A stretch of DNA of 55,143 bases from NCBI GenBank assembly GCA_020630615.1, contig JAHDBA010000015.1, positions 36 to 55,178 on the forward strand. Direction: 5' to 3'. The number at the start of each line of letters is the position of its first letter. Positions within the stretch are counted from its first letter, which is position 1. A program made the position numbers and the translations under genes. A model generated the notes under the pieces. It did no database searches. It was not told the DNA's origin and worked only from the letters and a program-made list of their open reading frames with translations. Source of the stretch: Myxococcota bacterium. Its GTDB lineage: Bacteria; Myxococcota; UBA727; JAHDBA01. Below, one piece after another: positions 39,682 to 50,084 of this stretch.

Positions 39682-40899
39682 TTAACCAAAGTCGTCGAAG
39701 GCAATCATGTCGTCTTCAACGCCCAAATCATGCAGCATGTTTGTCACTGCATTCAGCATCATTGGCGGCCCGCAGAGATAATACTCAATTTCTGTCGGAT
39801 CCTCATGTTCTTTTAAGTACTCGTCCAGAGCAACCTGATGCACAAAACCCGTTGGGCCAGTCCAGTTATCTTCCGGTTGTGGGTCTGAGAGCGCCAAAGT
39901 GTATCTGAAATTCGGGAACTCTTTCTCGATCTCGCGGAAGTCTTCTTCATAGAAGTTTTCAAGCGAAGAACGTGCGCCGTAGAAGAAATGCACTTTTCGC
40001 CCAGTCTTCAGGGTATGGAAGAGATGAAAAAGATGGGATCGCATCGGAGCCATGCCAGCCCCACCACCAATGTAGACCATCTCACGATCGGTATCTTTGA
40101 TAAAGAACTCACCATAAGGCCCAGAGAATGTAACTTTGTCACCAGGCTTCAACGAGAAAATATAGCTCGAGCACAGTCCTGGGGGAACATCCATCCCTCG
40201 AGGAGGCGGAGCATAACGAATCGTTGTCATAACCTTATTGCCCTCAGCTGGGTGGTTGGCCATCGAGTATGCACGGACCACTTCTGTGTCGACCACGGTT
40301 TCGTAATCCCACATTTTAAAGTTATCCCAAGCTGGACGGTACTCTTCACCGATATCGAAATCTTTGGAGTAATATGTTCCCTTAGGGACTTCAAACTGAA
40401 TGTAGCCACCTGCTTGAAAGTTGAGCTGGTCACCATTGTCAATCGTAAGGTTGGTCGCCTTGATGAAGGACGCCACATTATCATTGGATTCAACAGTACC
40501 CGTGAACTTCTTGATTGAGAAGATTTCATCGGGGACCTTAATGTCCATGTTCTCCCGAATTTTGACCTGACACGCCAGTCGAGTGCCTTCCTTTGCCTCA
40601 CGGCGATTAATATGGGTCTTTTCTGTGGGTAAAATTTCGCCGCCACCTTCCAACACTTTGCACTTGCACATTGCACAAGTTCCACCACCACCACATGCAG
40701 AGGGGACAAAGATTTTTTCATTGGACAATGCGGTGAGCAGTGTTCCGCCAGGAGCAACAGAGATTTCTTTCTCACCATTAATCTTAACCGTCACGTTGCC
40801 TTGTGCCACGAGATAACGGTTCGCAACAATTAGCCCTAAAGCTAAGAGGACGATAATTGATGTAAAAACCACAACACTGGCAATAATGCTAGAAATCAT
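39682..40899 (-). CDS. nqrF: Na+-NQR subunit F
   Basis: [12 protein letters not shown] [2Fe-2S] motif, [26 protein letters not shown], terminal DDFG. Confidence 0.97.
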   Translation of the reverse strand: MISSIIASVVVFTSIIVLLALGLIVANRYLVAQGNVTVKINGEKEISVAPGGTLLTALSNEKIFVPSACGGGGTCAMCKCKVLEGGGEILPTEKTHINRREAKEGTRLACQVKIRENMDIKVPDEIFSIKKFTGTVESNDNVASFIKATNLTIDNGDQLNFQAGGYIQFEVPKGTYYSKDFDIGEEYRPAWDNFKMWDYETVVDTEVVRAYSMANHPAEGNKVMTTIRYAPPPRGMDVPPGLCSSYIFSLKPGDKVTFSGPYGEFFIKDTDREMVYIGGGAGMAPMRSHLFHLFHTLKTGRKVHFFYGARSSLENFYEEDFREIEKEFPNFRYTLALSDPQPEDNWTGPTGFVHQVALDEYLKEHEDPTEIEYYLCGPPMMLNAVTNMLHDLGVEDDMIAFDDFG

Positions 40900-41621
40900 T
40901 TTTCACCTCCAACAACACGTGCATGCAGATTGATCTTCTCAGTTTCACCGACTTGCTCCAATACCACTTGCTCTTGTCTTTCAGGGGCCTTCTCTTTTTT
41001 TAGATTGATACCCGCAAAACACATAAAACCCATCGCCATGAGGCCTGTGGTAATCATGGTAATTCCCAAGCCCTCAAGCCCTTTGGGCATATCGGAATAC
41101 GTGAGTTTCTCGCGAATGGCTGCCATCGCGATAATCGCAAGCCACCAACCGACACCTGAACTCGCTGAATACACCACAGTTTCTGTGAAGTTGTATTCTC
41201 GCTCAACCATAAAAAGACTCACGCCCAAAATCGCACAGTTCACGGCAATCAAAGGTAAGAAAATACCAAGCGCAGTGTACAAAGCGGGACTAAATTTCTC
41301 GAGAGCCATCTCTACAAACTGTACCATCGCAGCAATCGTTGCGATGAAACAGATGAAGCGTAAAAAACTCAAGTCAACACTCGCGAGTTCTGGCGAAACC
41401 CAGGCCAGTGCACCGGGCTCAAGTAAAAACTGGTTGACAATCCAGTTTGCAGGCCCAGTGATCACGAGCACAAAGATAACTGCAATGCCAAGTCCCATGG
41501 CTGTGTCCACACGCTTGGAAACCGCAAGAAATGAACACATCCCCAAGAAACTCGCGAGAAGAATATTTTCAATAAAAATCGAGGTGGTCGCAAGACCCAA
41601 AAGTTCGTTCAATACATCCAT
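40896..41621 (-). CDS. nqrE: Na+-NQR subunit E
   Basis: [22 protein letters not shown]; operon position. Confidence 0.95.
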   Translation of the reverse strand: MDVLNELLGLATTSIFIENILLASFLGMCSFLAVSKRVDTAMGLGIAVIFVLVITGPANWIVNQFLLEPGALAWVSPELASVDLSFLRFICFIATIAAMVQFVEMALEKFSPALYTALGIFLPLIAVNCAILGVSLFMVEREYNFTETVVYSASSGVGWWLAIIAMAAIREKLTYSDMPKGLEGLGITMITTGLMAMGFMCFAGINLKKEKAPERQEQVVLEQVGETEKINLHARVVGGEK

Positions 41622-41623
41622 GA

Positions 41624-42238
41624 TTATTCTCCTGAAGCTCCACCGAGTTCTTTTGACACCCAGATGATTAAACCAAGAATAATAAATGCCGCTGGCGCAA
41701 GCACCATAAGACCATTATTCACGTAGCCTGCGCGGTATGCAAACTCTGGAATGACAGTGAAACCAAAAACTGTTCCGCTTCCAAAGAGCTCACGCACAAA
41801 ACCGATGACGACCAAAACCCATCCGTAACCAAGGGCATTGCCGATGGCATCCCAAAGCGATGCGAGTGGACCGTTCGCCATGGCGAAGGCCTCTGCGCGC
41901 CCAAGAATAATGCAGTTGGTAATAATCAGACCAATAAAGACCGAGAGCCCTTTCGCCTGTTGGTACATAAAGGCGCTTAAGATCTGATCCACAAGAATCA
42001 CCAAGGTTGAAACGATCGCCAGCTGCACGATAATGCGAATCCGGTGAGGGATCAGATTGCGCAAAAGCGAGATCGTCATGTTCGAACCGCTTAACACAAC
42101 CAGAACTGCACCACTCATGATCAGCGCGTTCTTGATATCAACCGTCACCGCAAGTGCAGAACAAATCCCCAACACTTGGTATGCAATTGGGTTGGACTGC
42201 CAACTTGCTTCTTTTATTTGCTTTGAGATAGAGCCCAT
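41624..42238 (-). CDS. nqrD: Na+-NQR subunit D
   Basis: [25 protein letters not shown]. Confidence 0.95.
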   Translation of the reverse strand: MGSISKQIKEASWQSNPIAYQVLGICSALAVTVDIKNALIMSGAVLVVLSGSNMTISLLRNLIPHRIRIIVQLAIVSTLVILVDQILSAFMYQQAKGLSVFIGLIITNCIILGRAEAFAMANGPLASLWDAIGNALGYGWVLVVIGFVRELFGSGTVFGFTVIPEFAYRAGYVNNGLMVLAPAAFIILGLIIWVSKELGGASGE

Positions 42239-42981
42239 TACGCCCCTCCCTTTTGTGCTTTGAAAAACTTCTCGTAGCGCTGTGGTGCGACCTTCGTCAT
42301 CTTGGTCACTCCATTGCCGGTAATCGTGGCACCACTCATTCCATCGACCATGTAGTAATCTTTAAGCTCCGCGGCAGCCGTTTTGTCTGCAACCTTACCT
42401 TTCACAACTTCAACACCTTGCAACATACCGTCCTTGTGAAGTCGCTTCCCAATGAAGTTGTTGGTGAACCACTCTGCCTCAATATTGGCACCCAGCCCCG
42501 GTGTTTCTTTGTGTTTATAAAACGAAATGCCTACAATCTCGTCGCCGTCGGGCTTGACGGCAAGAAAACCATAAAGCGAACCCCAGAGGCCCTTTCCAAC
42601 GACAGGGTAAGCATACGCTTGCGTTTCTCCCTTCGCGTTGACCTTTTTATAGAGCGGCAGCCCGACATTCAGGTCAAGCTTTTCACCCTTGAGAACTCCC
42701 GCTGACATCGAGGACATTCCTTTTGAGCTATCAATCATGCCAGAGCGGTCAACAACAAGCTCTTCAATATTTGATTGGTAGAGACTCGCAACTTTAGCGT
42801 CATCTGCGGTGCTCACTTCTTCAGCGAACCCCACCGCTTTCAGAATATTGCGTTGGCGGTCCAAAACCTTGTTTTGGTCCTGACGCTCACGCAAAGCTTC
42901 CGCTGCACCCGAAAGCAAGAGCGAGCAAATCACACATGTCACAACCGCAAAACCAATGATATAACCATTACTTTGTTTCAT
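42238..42981 (-). CDS. nqrC: Na+-NQR subunit C
   Basis: N-terminal TM, GKGLWG, ETPGLG, covalent FMN site SGAT. Confidence 0.95.
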   Translation of the reverse strand: MKQSNGYIIGFAVVTCVICSLLLSGAAEALRERQDQNKVLDRQRNILKAVGFAEEVSTADDAKVASLYQSNIEELVVDRSGMIDSSKGMSSMSAGVLKGEKLDLNVGLPLYKKVNAKGETQAYAYPVVGKGLWGSLYGFLAVKPDGDEIVGISFYKHKETPGLGANIEAEWFTNNFIGKRLHKDGMLQGVEVVKGKVADKTAAAELKDYYMVDGMSGATITGNGVTKMTKVAPQRYEKFFKAQKGGA

Positions 42982-44234
42982 CGTTTAGCCCTCCTCTTGA
43001 TCCACGACTGAACAACATAGTGGTCAATCAATGGAGAGAACACATTCATAAAGAGAATCGCAAGCATCATGCCTTCGGGATAAGCCGGGTTAATCGTCCG
43101 TATGATGATACAGAGCGCACCGATCAAGAACCCGTAGATCAAGCGTGAGGTTTTGTGAAAAGGAGAAGACACTGGGTCCGTCGCCATAAAGACCGCACCA
43201 AATGCAAAACTACCCATGACCAAATGCTCATACCAGGGCAGACGGAAGAAGTCGTTCACTTCTGAGCTACCACCAAAGCCGTTGAGCAAGAGCCCCATGG
43301 CCGCGCCGCCAGCAAAGACACCTACCATTGTGCGCCATGAACCGACTCCTGTCAGAATCAGAAAGAATGCACCAAAGGCAACGCAGGCAATCGAAGTCTC
43401 ACCGATAGACCCAGGGATGAAGCCCCAAACCATGTCTGAAACACTATACGTTGCGTGCAGATCTTGAATCGCATCAACACCCGGAACATTCTGTGCCGCC
43501 TTCGCCAACGCAGTTGCACCGCTGTATCCGTCTACTGCTGCTGCTTTACCATTGATAAATGCCTGGATTTTCTCAACAGCGATCGTTGTCCACGCAGCGG
43601 GCTCGAGACCGTTGGCCCCATTTATAAATGGTTTCGCGACCCAAACATCGCCAGAAAGCTGAGCCGGGTATGCGAAGAAAAGAAAGGCCCGGCCCGTGAG
43701 TGCAGGATTCAAGATATTCATCCCGACTCCACCAAAGACCTCTTTACCAATTACAACACCAAAACTGACACCCAAGACCAACTGCCACCAGGGAAGAGTC
43801 GGTGGTAAGATTAAGGGCATCAGCGCGCCCGTAACCAAGAAGCCTTCTGAAATCTCATGGCCGCGGACTTGTGCGAAGATTCCTTCCCACATACCACCGA
43901 TAAGATAGGTCAAAACCACCAAAGGCAATACATGTAAGAGACCCTCAAGGGTGCACTGCATCAAGGTGGCGTCCGTGACACCGATACTCAAATACGCATT
44001 TCTCCCGACATTGTACGTACCAAAAATGTAACACGGTAAAAGCGCCACCACGACCATAAAAATAAAGCGCTTGAGGTCCGTCGCATCGCGCATATGGGGT
44101 GCGTTGGCCGTTACGATAGCAGGTTTACGAAAGAAGGTGTCCGTCGCATTGATGAGGGCCTTGTTCGGAACCTTTCCAAAAAGAGCGCCTTCTTTGTTGG
44201 CTGCATCAACGATTTTTTCCCAGAATTTCCACAT
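42978..44234 (-). CDS. nqrB: Na+-NQR subunit B
   Basis: PH.RD..DLKR, KEVFGG.G.N.LNPAL, SGAT FMN site, GSIGETS, FMATDPVS, PEG.MLAIL. Confidence 0.96.
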   Translation of the reverse strand: MWKFWEKIVDAANKEGALFGKVPNKALINATDTFFRKPAIVTANAPHMRDATDLKRFIFMVVVALLPCYIFGTYNVGRNAYLSIGVTDATLMQCTLEGLLHVLPLVVLTYLIGGMWEGIFAQVRGHEISEGFLVTGALMPLILPPTLPWWQLVLGVSFGVVIGKEVFGGVGMNILNPALTGRAFLFFAYPAQLSGDVWVAKPFINGANGLEPAAWTTIAVEKIQAFINGKAAAVDGYSGATALAKAAQNVPGVDAIQDLHATYSVSDMVWGFIPGSIGETSIACVAFGAFFLILTGVGSWRTMVGVFAGGAAMGLLLNGFGGSSEVNDFFRLPWYEHLVMGSFAFGAVFMATDPVSSPFHKTSRLIYGFLIGALCIIIRTINPAYPEGMMLAILFMNVFSPLIDHYVVQSWIKRRAKR

Positions 44235-44237
44235 GGA

Positions 44238-45644
44238 TTAGCCCTCCTTCACGATGAGCTCTTTGCCCGATTCTACGATTTCACCAAGCTCAATCTTCGA
44301 CGGACACACAAAGGTGCACAGCCCACAGTCTGTACAGTCGCGAATCCCAAGCTGCTCCATCTTTTCGATGTCTTTCGCCAATGCTGCTTTGAAAACCAGG
44401 TTTGGCATCAGCTCAACCGGGCAAACCTTAATGCACTGCCCACACTGTACGCATCCACGATGCTCTCCATTGTTTGAAGTGGTGGCTACTTGCTCTTTGC
44501 CTTTCATTAAAGCAGAGGTCCACAACTTAAAAGTTGTCAGGCGGTTACCCCCCGGCCTAAAGAAGACAAAAGGAGTTCGCTCACGATCTTCTGGCAAGAT
44601 ATTTAGAGTGGTCTCTGTAAGCCCCATATAGTGCTTCGCATCGATTTTCTTGCCTCGCAACAAGCCCCCAGCGACCAAGCGTGTGTCGGTACTCGAAGTC
44701 GCCTCACCACTGGGTACGCCGGATGCACTCTGCAACGTGGCTACCGGCAAGCCCACCGGCCCTCGCGCATGCCCGCGTTTGGAAGCGCCTTCACCCGCTA
44801 CGGCGTACGTCCGCTCGTCGCGCAACTCTCCGGTGCGAACCACATGACCAATGTCAATCAACGTTTCAAGGTCAACGCAAGCCACACACTCGCCCGCACC
44901 AAGGGGTTGTGTAAAGTAACTTTGGACTTCAGCACTACCTGCAGGAAAGAGCGTCTCGTCAACTTCTTTGTAGGCGACCCCAGATACCGATTTCAACTTT
45001 GAATCCGTATTTGACGACACACCCGCGACAACATCAAATCCAGTGCGCTTTAGAACTTCTAAACCGAGAAGTGCGTTCTCGATGTTCCCTTCCAGGGTTG
45101 CTCCAGTGGGCACAAGATGAGGCTCACTCTCAACGAAGCTCACATGGAAACGAATCAGGGAAGGTACCGGCAAGTCATGCCCATGAATATCTTTTGGCGC
45201 TGGCTCACCGGGCACCGGCACGATGCGCTTGAAAGGATGGCTCAAGAAACGCGACCACAGCCCCGTCTTCACGAGATGAGCGATGGTTGCTTCTGCACCC
45301 AGGCTCTGTACTTGCTCGGGTGAGAACGATCCAAAGGAAGTCTTCGCCTCCCCGCTGCGCTCAATAACAACGGCTTCAAGCACTCTTCGCGGCCCGTATT
45401 CAATCGCCTTGACACGACCACTGCACGATGAAAGATAGCGATGATTTTCGTTCTTCTTATTAAAAAAGAGCAAATCGCCAGCGGCGACATCGTCGCCAAC
45501 CTTCACGACAACTTTTGCCTTAAAATCTTTCGTGCCTGAGGGATGAAAACCCACGGTCTCACTCGAGAGAACCCCGAGATCATTTTCGCCAACGCCATGA
45601 GCGATTCGAAATCGCTGGCCACCTTTGATGCGGACTTTTTCCAT
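44238..45644 (-). CDS. nqrA: Na+-NQR subunit A with intact C-terminal 2x[4Fe-4S] motifs
   Basis: First gene of the nqr operon. VKVGD.V.AG..LF, G.RRVL, TGLW.....PF and PAG motifs; C-terminal CVQCGQCIKVCP and CTDCGLCTFVCP. Confidence 0.9.
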   Translation of the reverse strand: MEKVRIKGGQRFRIAHGVGENDLGVLSSETVGFHPSGTKDFKAKVVVKVGDDVAAGDLLFFNKKNENHRYLSSCSGRVKAIEYGPRRVLEAVVIERSGEAKTSFGSFSPEQVQSLGAEATIAHLVKTGLWSRFLSHPFKRIVPVPGEPAPKDIHGHDLPVPSLIRFHVSFVESEPHLVPTGATLEGNIENALLGLEVLKRTGFDVVAGVSSNTDSKLKSVSGVAYKEVDETLFPAGSAEVQSYFTQPLGAGECVACVDLETLIDIGHVVRTGELRDERTYAVAGEGASKRGHARGPVGLPVATLQSASGVPSGEATSSTDTRLVAGGLLRGKKIDAKHYMGLTETTLNILPEDRERTPFVFFRPGGNRLTTFKLWTSALMKGKEQVATTSNNGEHRGCVQCGQCIKVCPVELMPNLVFKAALAKDIEKMEQLGIRDCTDCGLCTFVCPSKIELGEIVESGKELIVKEG

Positions 45645-45849
45645 TCAAAGCTCCAAATGAAACAATCATCTGCGTCTATATAATGAAAGTGCAAAAAGTT
45701 GAAGACATTCGCGACACTTCGCGGCTAAAAAGGTGTTTTCCGTTCATTGATGCACCTAAAAATACGAAGACTTACACACTTTATCCCGTTGTTGGTGTAA
45801 GCCTAGGCCCTCCCTTTGTATCGAGTCTAAAATCTGGCATCAGAGGCTT

Positions 45850-47562
45850 ATGCCCTTATTCGTACTCGTGTCATGCCTTGGAGCCTTGCTTATCGGATAT
45901 CGCTTCTACGCGCCCTTGCTCGAGAAGTCCTTCGGGATTCGTAAAGACGAGAACGTACCCTCACACACTCAAGCCGATGGAATCGACTTTGTCCCCACCG
46001 AAAAACATATCCTCTTTGGCCATCACTTTGCTTCGATTGCCGGCGCAGCCCCTATTCTAGGGCCCGCCATTGCTATTGTTTGGGGCTGGCTCCCCGCATT
46101 GATATGGATTGTCTTCGGGGTGATTTTTATGGGAGCCGCTCATGATTTTGGTGCTCTCGTATTGGGTTTGCGCCATGAGGGGCGGTCCGTTACCTCCGTC
46201 TCATCAACACTCATTTCACCGCGTTTTGAAAAGTTCTTTATGCTGAGCGTTCTCTTTCTTCTATGGATGGTGGGCGCAGTCTTCACAGTTGCCATTGCAT
46301 CACTCTTTGCAAAGAACCCTGAATCGGTACTTCCAGTCAATATTGAAATTGTTATCGCCCTTTTGATCGGCATTTGGGCGTTTCGCTACAAAGGTAGTAT
46401 CACCCTTCCATCTCTTGCCGCGCTCTTGCTCGTGTACGCCTTGATTGTTGTGAATGTACAAAGTGGGGTCTTTGTCCCCGCTGCTGGATCTCTGCTCAGA
46501 AACGCGCACTTTTGGATGTTTGCCCTTCTCGCATATGCTTGGATCGCATCGTGCCTGCCTGTTTGGCTTTTGATCCAGCCCCGAGATTTGATCAACTCGC
46601 ATCAACTCCTCTTGGGCCTGGTACTGCTTTACATCGGGCTTTTCTTGACGCCTTTAGAATTCCATGCGCCTGCAATCGGAAGCCTTTCGGACTTACCCTC
46701 GCTCTTCCCAGTTTTGATGAGTACGATCGCTTGTGGCGCAATCTCAGGCTTTCACGGCCTCGTGAGTTCAACGACCACAAGCAAGCAGTTGAATGCGAGT
46801 GAAGATGCCCGGCCAATCGCCTATGGAAGCATGCTGCTTGAAGCCACACTTGCAATACTTGCAACTTTCGCAGTTGCCTGTGGGGTGATGAATGACGGTC
46901 ACACCCATGTTTTCAGTCTTTATTATGATGCGCACGCCACCCTTCACGCTCAAGCGTCAGAACTGCCCACGGTTGCAAAAGCATTGTCAGCATTTATCAA
47001 TGGTTCGGCATCCCTTTTGACCTCAATCGGATTCTCTTTTGAATTGGGGAAAACCTTTGTCACCGTTTTGGTTGTTTCGTTCGCTGCGACAAGCTTAGAC
47101 ACGGCTGTTCGCATTCAGCGTCTCATCGTCGGCCCCTTGATGCGCGAAGCGCGCATTCCTGGTTCTGACAATCGGTGGTGGGTCGGTTTTCTATGCGTGG
47201 CCTCCATCGGAGCTCTCGTCTATTTTGATCTGGAGCAAGGTGCAAAAACATTGTGGCCTGTCTTTGGGGCAACCAACCAACTTCTTGCAGCATGCACCCT
47301 TGGCATGTGTGCAATCTATTTGAAGACGAAGGGTCGGCGCCACCTTCGTTATTCCCTCCCAGCAATTTTAATGTGCTTCGTTACCATCTCTGCACTCGTT
47401 GTTCAGATCGTCCGTGACCTTCAACTTGGCGCGTTACACACTGCGTTTTGCGCATGCCTGATTCTCTGTGCCAGCTTTCCGATGCTTTTCCTCTTTCGTA
47501 AACGTTGGACCCATGAATCGCATGAGAACCTTGAGAACGAAGAGGAAAAAGACTTAAGCTAA
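45850..47562 (+). CDS. cstA: Carbon starvation protein A family transporter
   Basis: LFGHHFASIAGAAPILGP, HDF, PVWLL.QPRD, IACGAISGFH, TSLDT, LWPVFG.TNQLLA. Confidence 0.93.
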   Translation: MPLFVLVSCLGALLIGYRFYAPLLEKSFGIRKDENVPSHTQADGIDFVPTEKHILFGHHFASIAGAAPILGPAIAIVWGWLPALIWIVFGVIFMGAAHDFGALVLGLRHEGRSVTSVSSTLISPRFEKFFMLSVLFLLWMVGAVFTVAIASLFAKNPESVLPVNIEIVIALLIGIWAFRYKGSITLPSLAALLLVYALIVVNVQSGVFVPAAGSLLRNAHFWMFALLAYAWIASCLPVWLLIQPRDLINSHQLLLGLVLLYIGLFLTPLEFHAPAIGSLSDLPSLFPVLMSTIACGAISGFHGLVSSTTTSKQLNASEDARPIAYGSMLLEATLAILATFAVACGVMNDGHTHVFSLYYDAHATLHAQASELPTVAKALSAFINGSASLLTSIGFSFELGKTFVTVLVVSFAATSLDTAVRIQRLIVGPLMREARIPGSDNRWWVGFLCVASIGALVYFDLEQGAKTLWPVFGATNQLLAACTLGMCAIYLKTKGRRHLRYSLPAILMCFVTISALVVQIVRDLQLGALHTAFCACLILCASFPMLFLFRKRWTHESHENLENEEEKDLS

Positions 47563-47578
47563 AGCAAGGACGCTGCTG

Positions 47579-48517
47579 ATGCGTGAGACACCAAAAGACA
47601 AAGACCAGGCAGGAGAGAACAACCCCGCCCAAAAGCGTAAATCCAGTGTCGCGGGCACTGAGGCACGACAGCAAGACACCAAATATTCTCAGGTGCAATC
47701 GTTAGCGCATTTAAAAAGAACTGGCATTTTAAACACGCTAAGCCCCCAAGAAGCGTATCTCTGGTCACGCTTAGAACATCAACAAACCCTCACAACACTG
47801 GTGTCGACGACTCCTTTTGACGCGCATGAATTAGAAACAATGCTCGAAAGACTTTTGCGCTTGAATGTTGTTCAAGACAATAGAGCAGACCTCGGCGGCC
47901 CTCAGCACGAAGAGGGCATTGTCGATGAAGTGCCCTGGCGCAATTTATCGCCCGGCGAGCGTATTCGACGCGCGCGTAGCGCAGACGCCAAAGCGTTACT
48001 CATGATGTGCCGCGATCAAAACCGCGAAGTGGTTAACGCAATTTTAAACAACGAATGCTTTGGCCTCAATCACGCACGCACACTTGCGCGTCATCATAAG
48101 GGAGTTGCTGGGCTTCAGGCACTTCTCAACAAAGCAGGCGTTGCTCGCAACACTTCGGTGCGACACAACCTGCTCTTAAACTCGGGAGCGGACGAGCGCA
48201 TCTACGATCAACTTGCAAAAACGCTATCTTTAAAAGACCTTTATTTACTGACAACAAATCGGAGCTACCCAGGCAAAACTCGAGTTTGGGCTACCAAAGC
48301 ATTCAATCAGGCATTCAAAGTCTCACCTGCTGCGCAACAAGCAAAGTTTATTCTTCGCAACGATGGCCGGTGCTTCTCTCAAATGAAAGGCCTTCGCGCT
48401 ACGCCACAACTCGTAAGCGCAATCGCAAAGCACAAACCTTTCTCAAAAACGCTCAGAGCAAATCTGAGGCGTTGGTCTGGGATCTCAAGTGCAGCAAAAG
48501 ATCGATTGCTGGGGTGA
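47579..48517 (+). CDS. Hypothetical protein (winged-helix-like N-terminal part plus helical repeats)
   Basis: LSPQEAYLWSRL...LERLLRLNVV segment followed by a basic helical region; 312 aa. Confidence 0.7.
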   Translation: MRETPKDKDQAGENNPAQKRKSSVAGTEARQQDTKYSQVQSLAHLKRTGILNTLSPQEAYLWSRLEHQQTLTTLVSTTPFDAHELETMLERLLRLNVVQDNRADLGGPQHEEGIVDEVPWRNLSPGERIRRARSADAKALLMMCRDQNREVVNAILNNECFGLNHARTLARHHKGVAGLQALLNKAGVARNTSVRHNLLLNSGADERIYDQLAKTLSLKDLYLLTTNRSYPGKTRVWATKAFNQAFKVSPAAQQAKFILRNDGRCFSQMKGLRATPQLVSAIAKHKPFSKTLRANLRRWSGISSAAKDRLLG

Positions 48518-48639
48518 AAGTCTATTAACTCTTATACGTCTCGCGCTGGGTGTGCTGACATCATCCAGTGATATTGAAAGCGCCAAAGAATATACTCAAG
48601 ACACAGAAGTTGGCCTGCCGCCAAGTAAGCCTGAGCGTA

Positions 48640-49505
48640 TCAAAGCATCGGGTTTACCACTTAACCGATGAGCAAAATAGTATTGCTGGATCGCTCTCGA
48701 ATAAAAAACATAAAGGGCTTGTTAAAGTCGACCACGAGAGCAGATTCCTTCAAGCCCTCTCCTATCCCCTTACGAGTTATCGCCACTGCGCTTGCCGCAC
48801 CCGCCTCTGTACCCTTTTCATTCACACCGACAGAGGTTTTATGTACAACAGCATCGATGTACAAATTCTCTTCACACTTTTGTCTCTTATGAATTTTGGT
48901 GAAGTCGGCTTTGCAATTCGAATCAAAGGCATCTTGCATGCCCAATTCTCTCAATGTTGATTTAAAATCGTCGACAACATCAAAACGAAACTTCGGAAGA
49001 AAGACATCAACCTGCTTTCGCGTCATATTCTTGATTAGGGCCTGGACTTCTTCTGGATCGAGCCGCATATCGGATGATGCTCCCAAAGGAGCATTCGACT
49101 TCACGAGAGTCATCACGAGACTGCTGTCCGCGTACGCCAGGTCAAGAGCAGTATATTTTTTGTCGACATTTACGAAAGCCCGTCTCGCCTCCGAACTCAT
49201 TGTGGGGACCTTAACCTGCTTGTCTTTAGACACGTAAGAAGGACGTTCATAAGTTGAACTCGCGCAAAGGGCTGTGCCCATTCCGCTTGAAGATAAAGTG
49301 CATTCACCAAGAGAAGACGTGTATTCGTGTTGACGTGTAGCGGCTTAAGAAGATTTGTAATTTTGTTCTGTGTTATTGAAGCGACCCAGTTCTTGATTGC
49401 CAATCGGTGTTGATTGGGGTCAGCCTTAAAATCAATGGCCCTTAAGCCAGCACCATAATCACGACCCATTTGGTCTACGAAAGTTTTTTCAAACCTGAGT
49501 CTCTT
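48640..49505 (-). pseudogene. Serpin pseudogene, 5'-truncated
   Basis: Motifs DF, LVNALY, VKVPTM, LPKF, V.EKGTEA.A hinge and FNKPFMFFI. Frameshift near 49263, premature TAA at 48661 before VVNP, and no N-terminal part. Confidence 0.85.
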
Positions 49506-49680
49506 CGCTTTTCGTATCGCTATGCTCTACGCGCTGGACTGGGACTTTATCGGTGTATGCCGCCAACACTCAAGTTGTCATGTGTTGGCTCTGGCAGAGA
49601 GTCGTCTGTGGCACATGTCATGATTTGCACAGTCTGAATACGATTGATAGGCTCTCACGCTCTCGAGTTTGGGGAAGAAA

Positions 49681-49957
49681 GTGCGAACGATTGAAATCAA
49701 CGGAAACAACTTTTCAAATATGGAAGGTTTTTATCAAGAGATTGAGAGAAAAATGACATCGGGTTTAGGCTGGGAAATCGGGCGCAATCTCAATGCACTG
49801 AATGATGGCTCAACGGAGGTCTTGGGGTTCATGGCGACGAAGAACTCTGTGTTCACGTGTGGCACCAAAGCGATAAAAGCAGACTTGAGTTGAAAGACTT
49901 TGACGTCATCGTCGAAATTGTTCGCGACATCAACACATTGAACTGAGACAAATATAG
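49681..49957 (+). pseudogene. Barstar-family ribonuclease inhibitor pseudogene
   Basis: IEINGNNFSNMEGFYQEI...GRNLNALND, frameshift near 49808, then LNGGLGVHG...W..S.KS...FDVIVEIVR, second frameshift near 49927, then HQHIEL. Confidence 0.75.
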
Positions 49958-50084
49958 TTTCTCCTTTCTACGTCAAACGCCTGATTTATGAACACTCCCG
50001 GATCCGATTCAACCGAAAGAGATGTGTGTTGACTATGGCTTCTCGTCAACAATGAATCTCGGGAAGCCGCTCAAGGAGCCAGCA

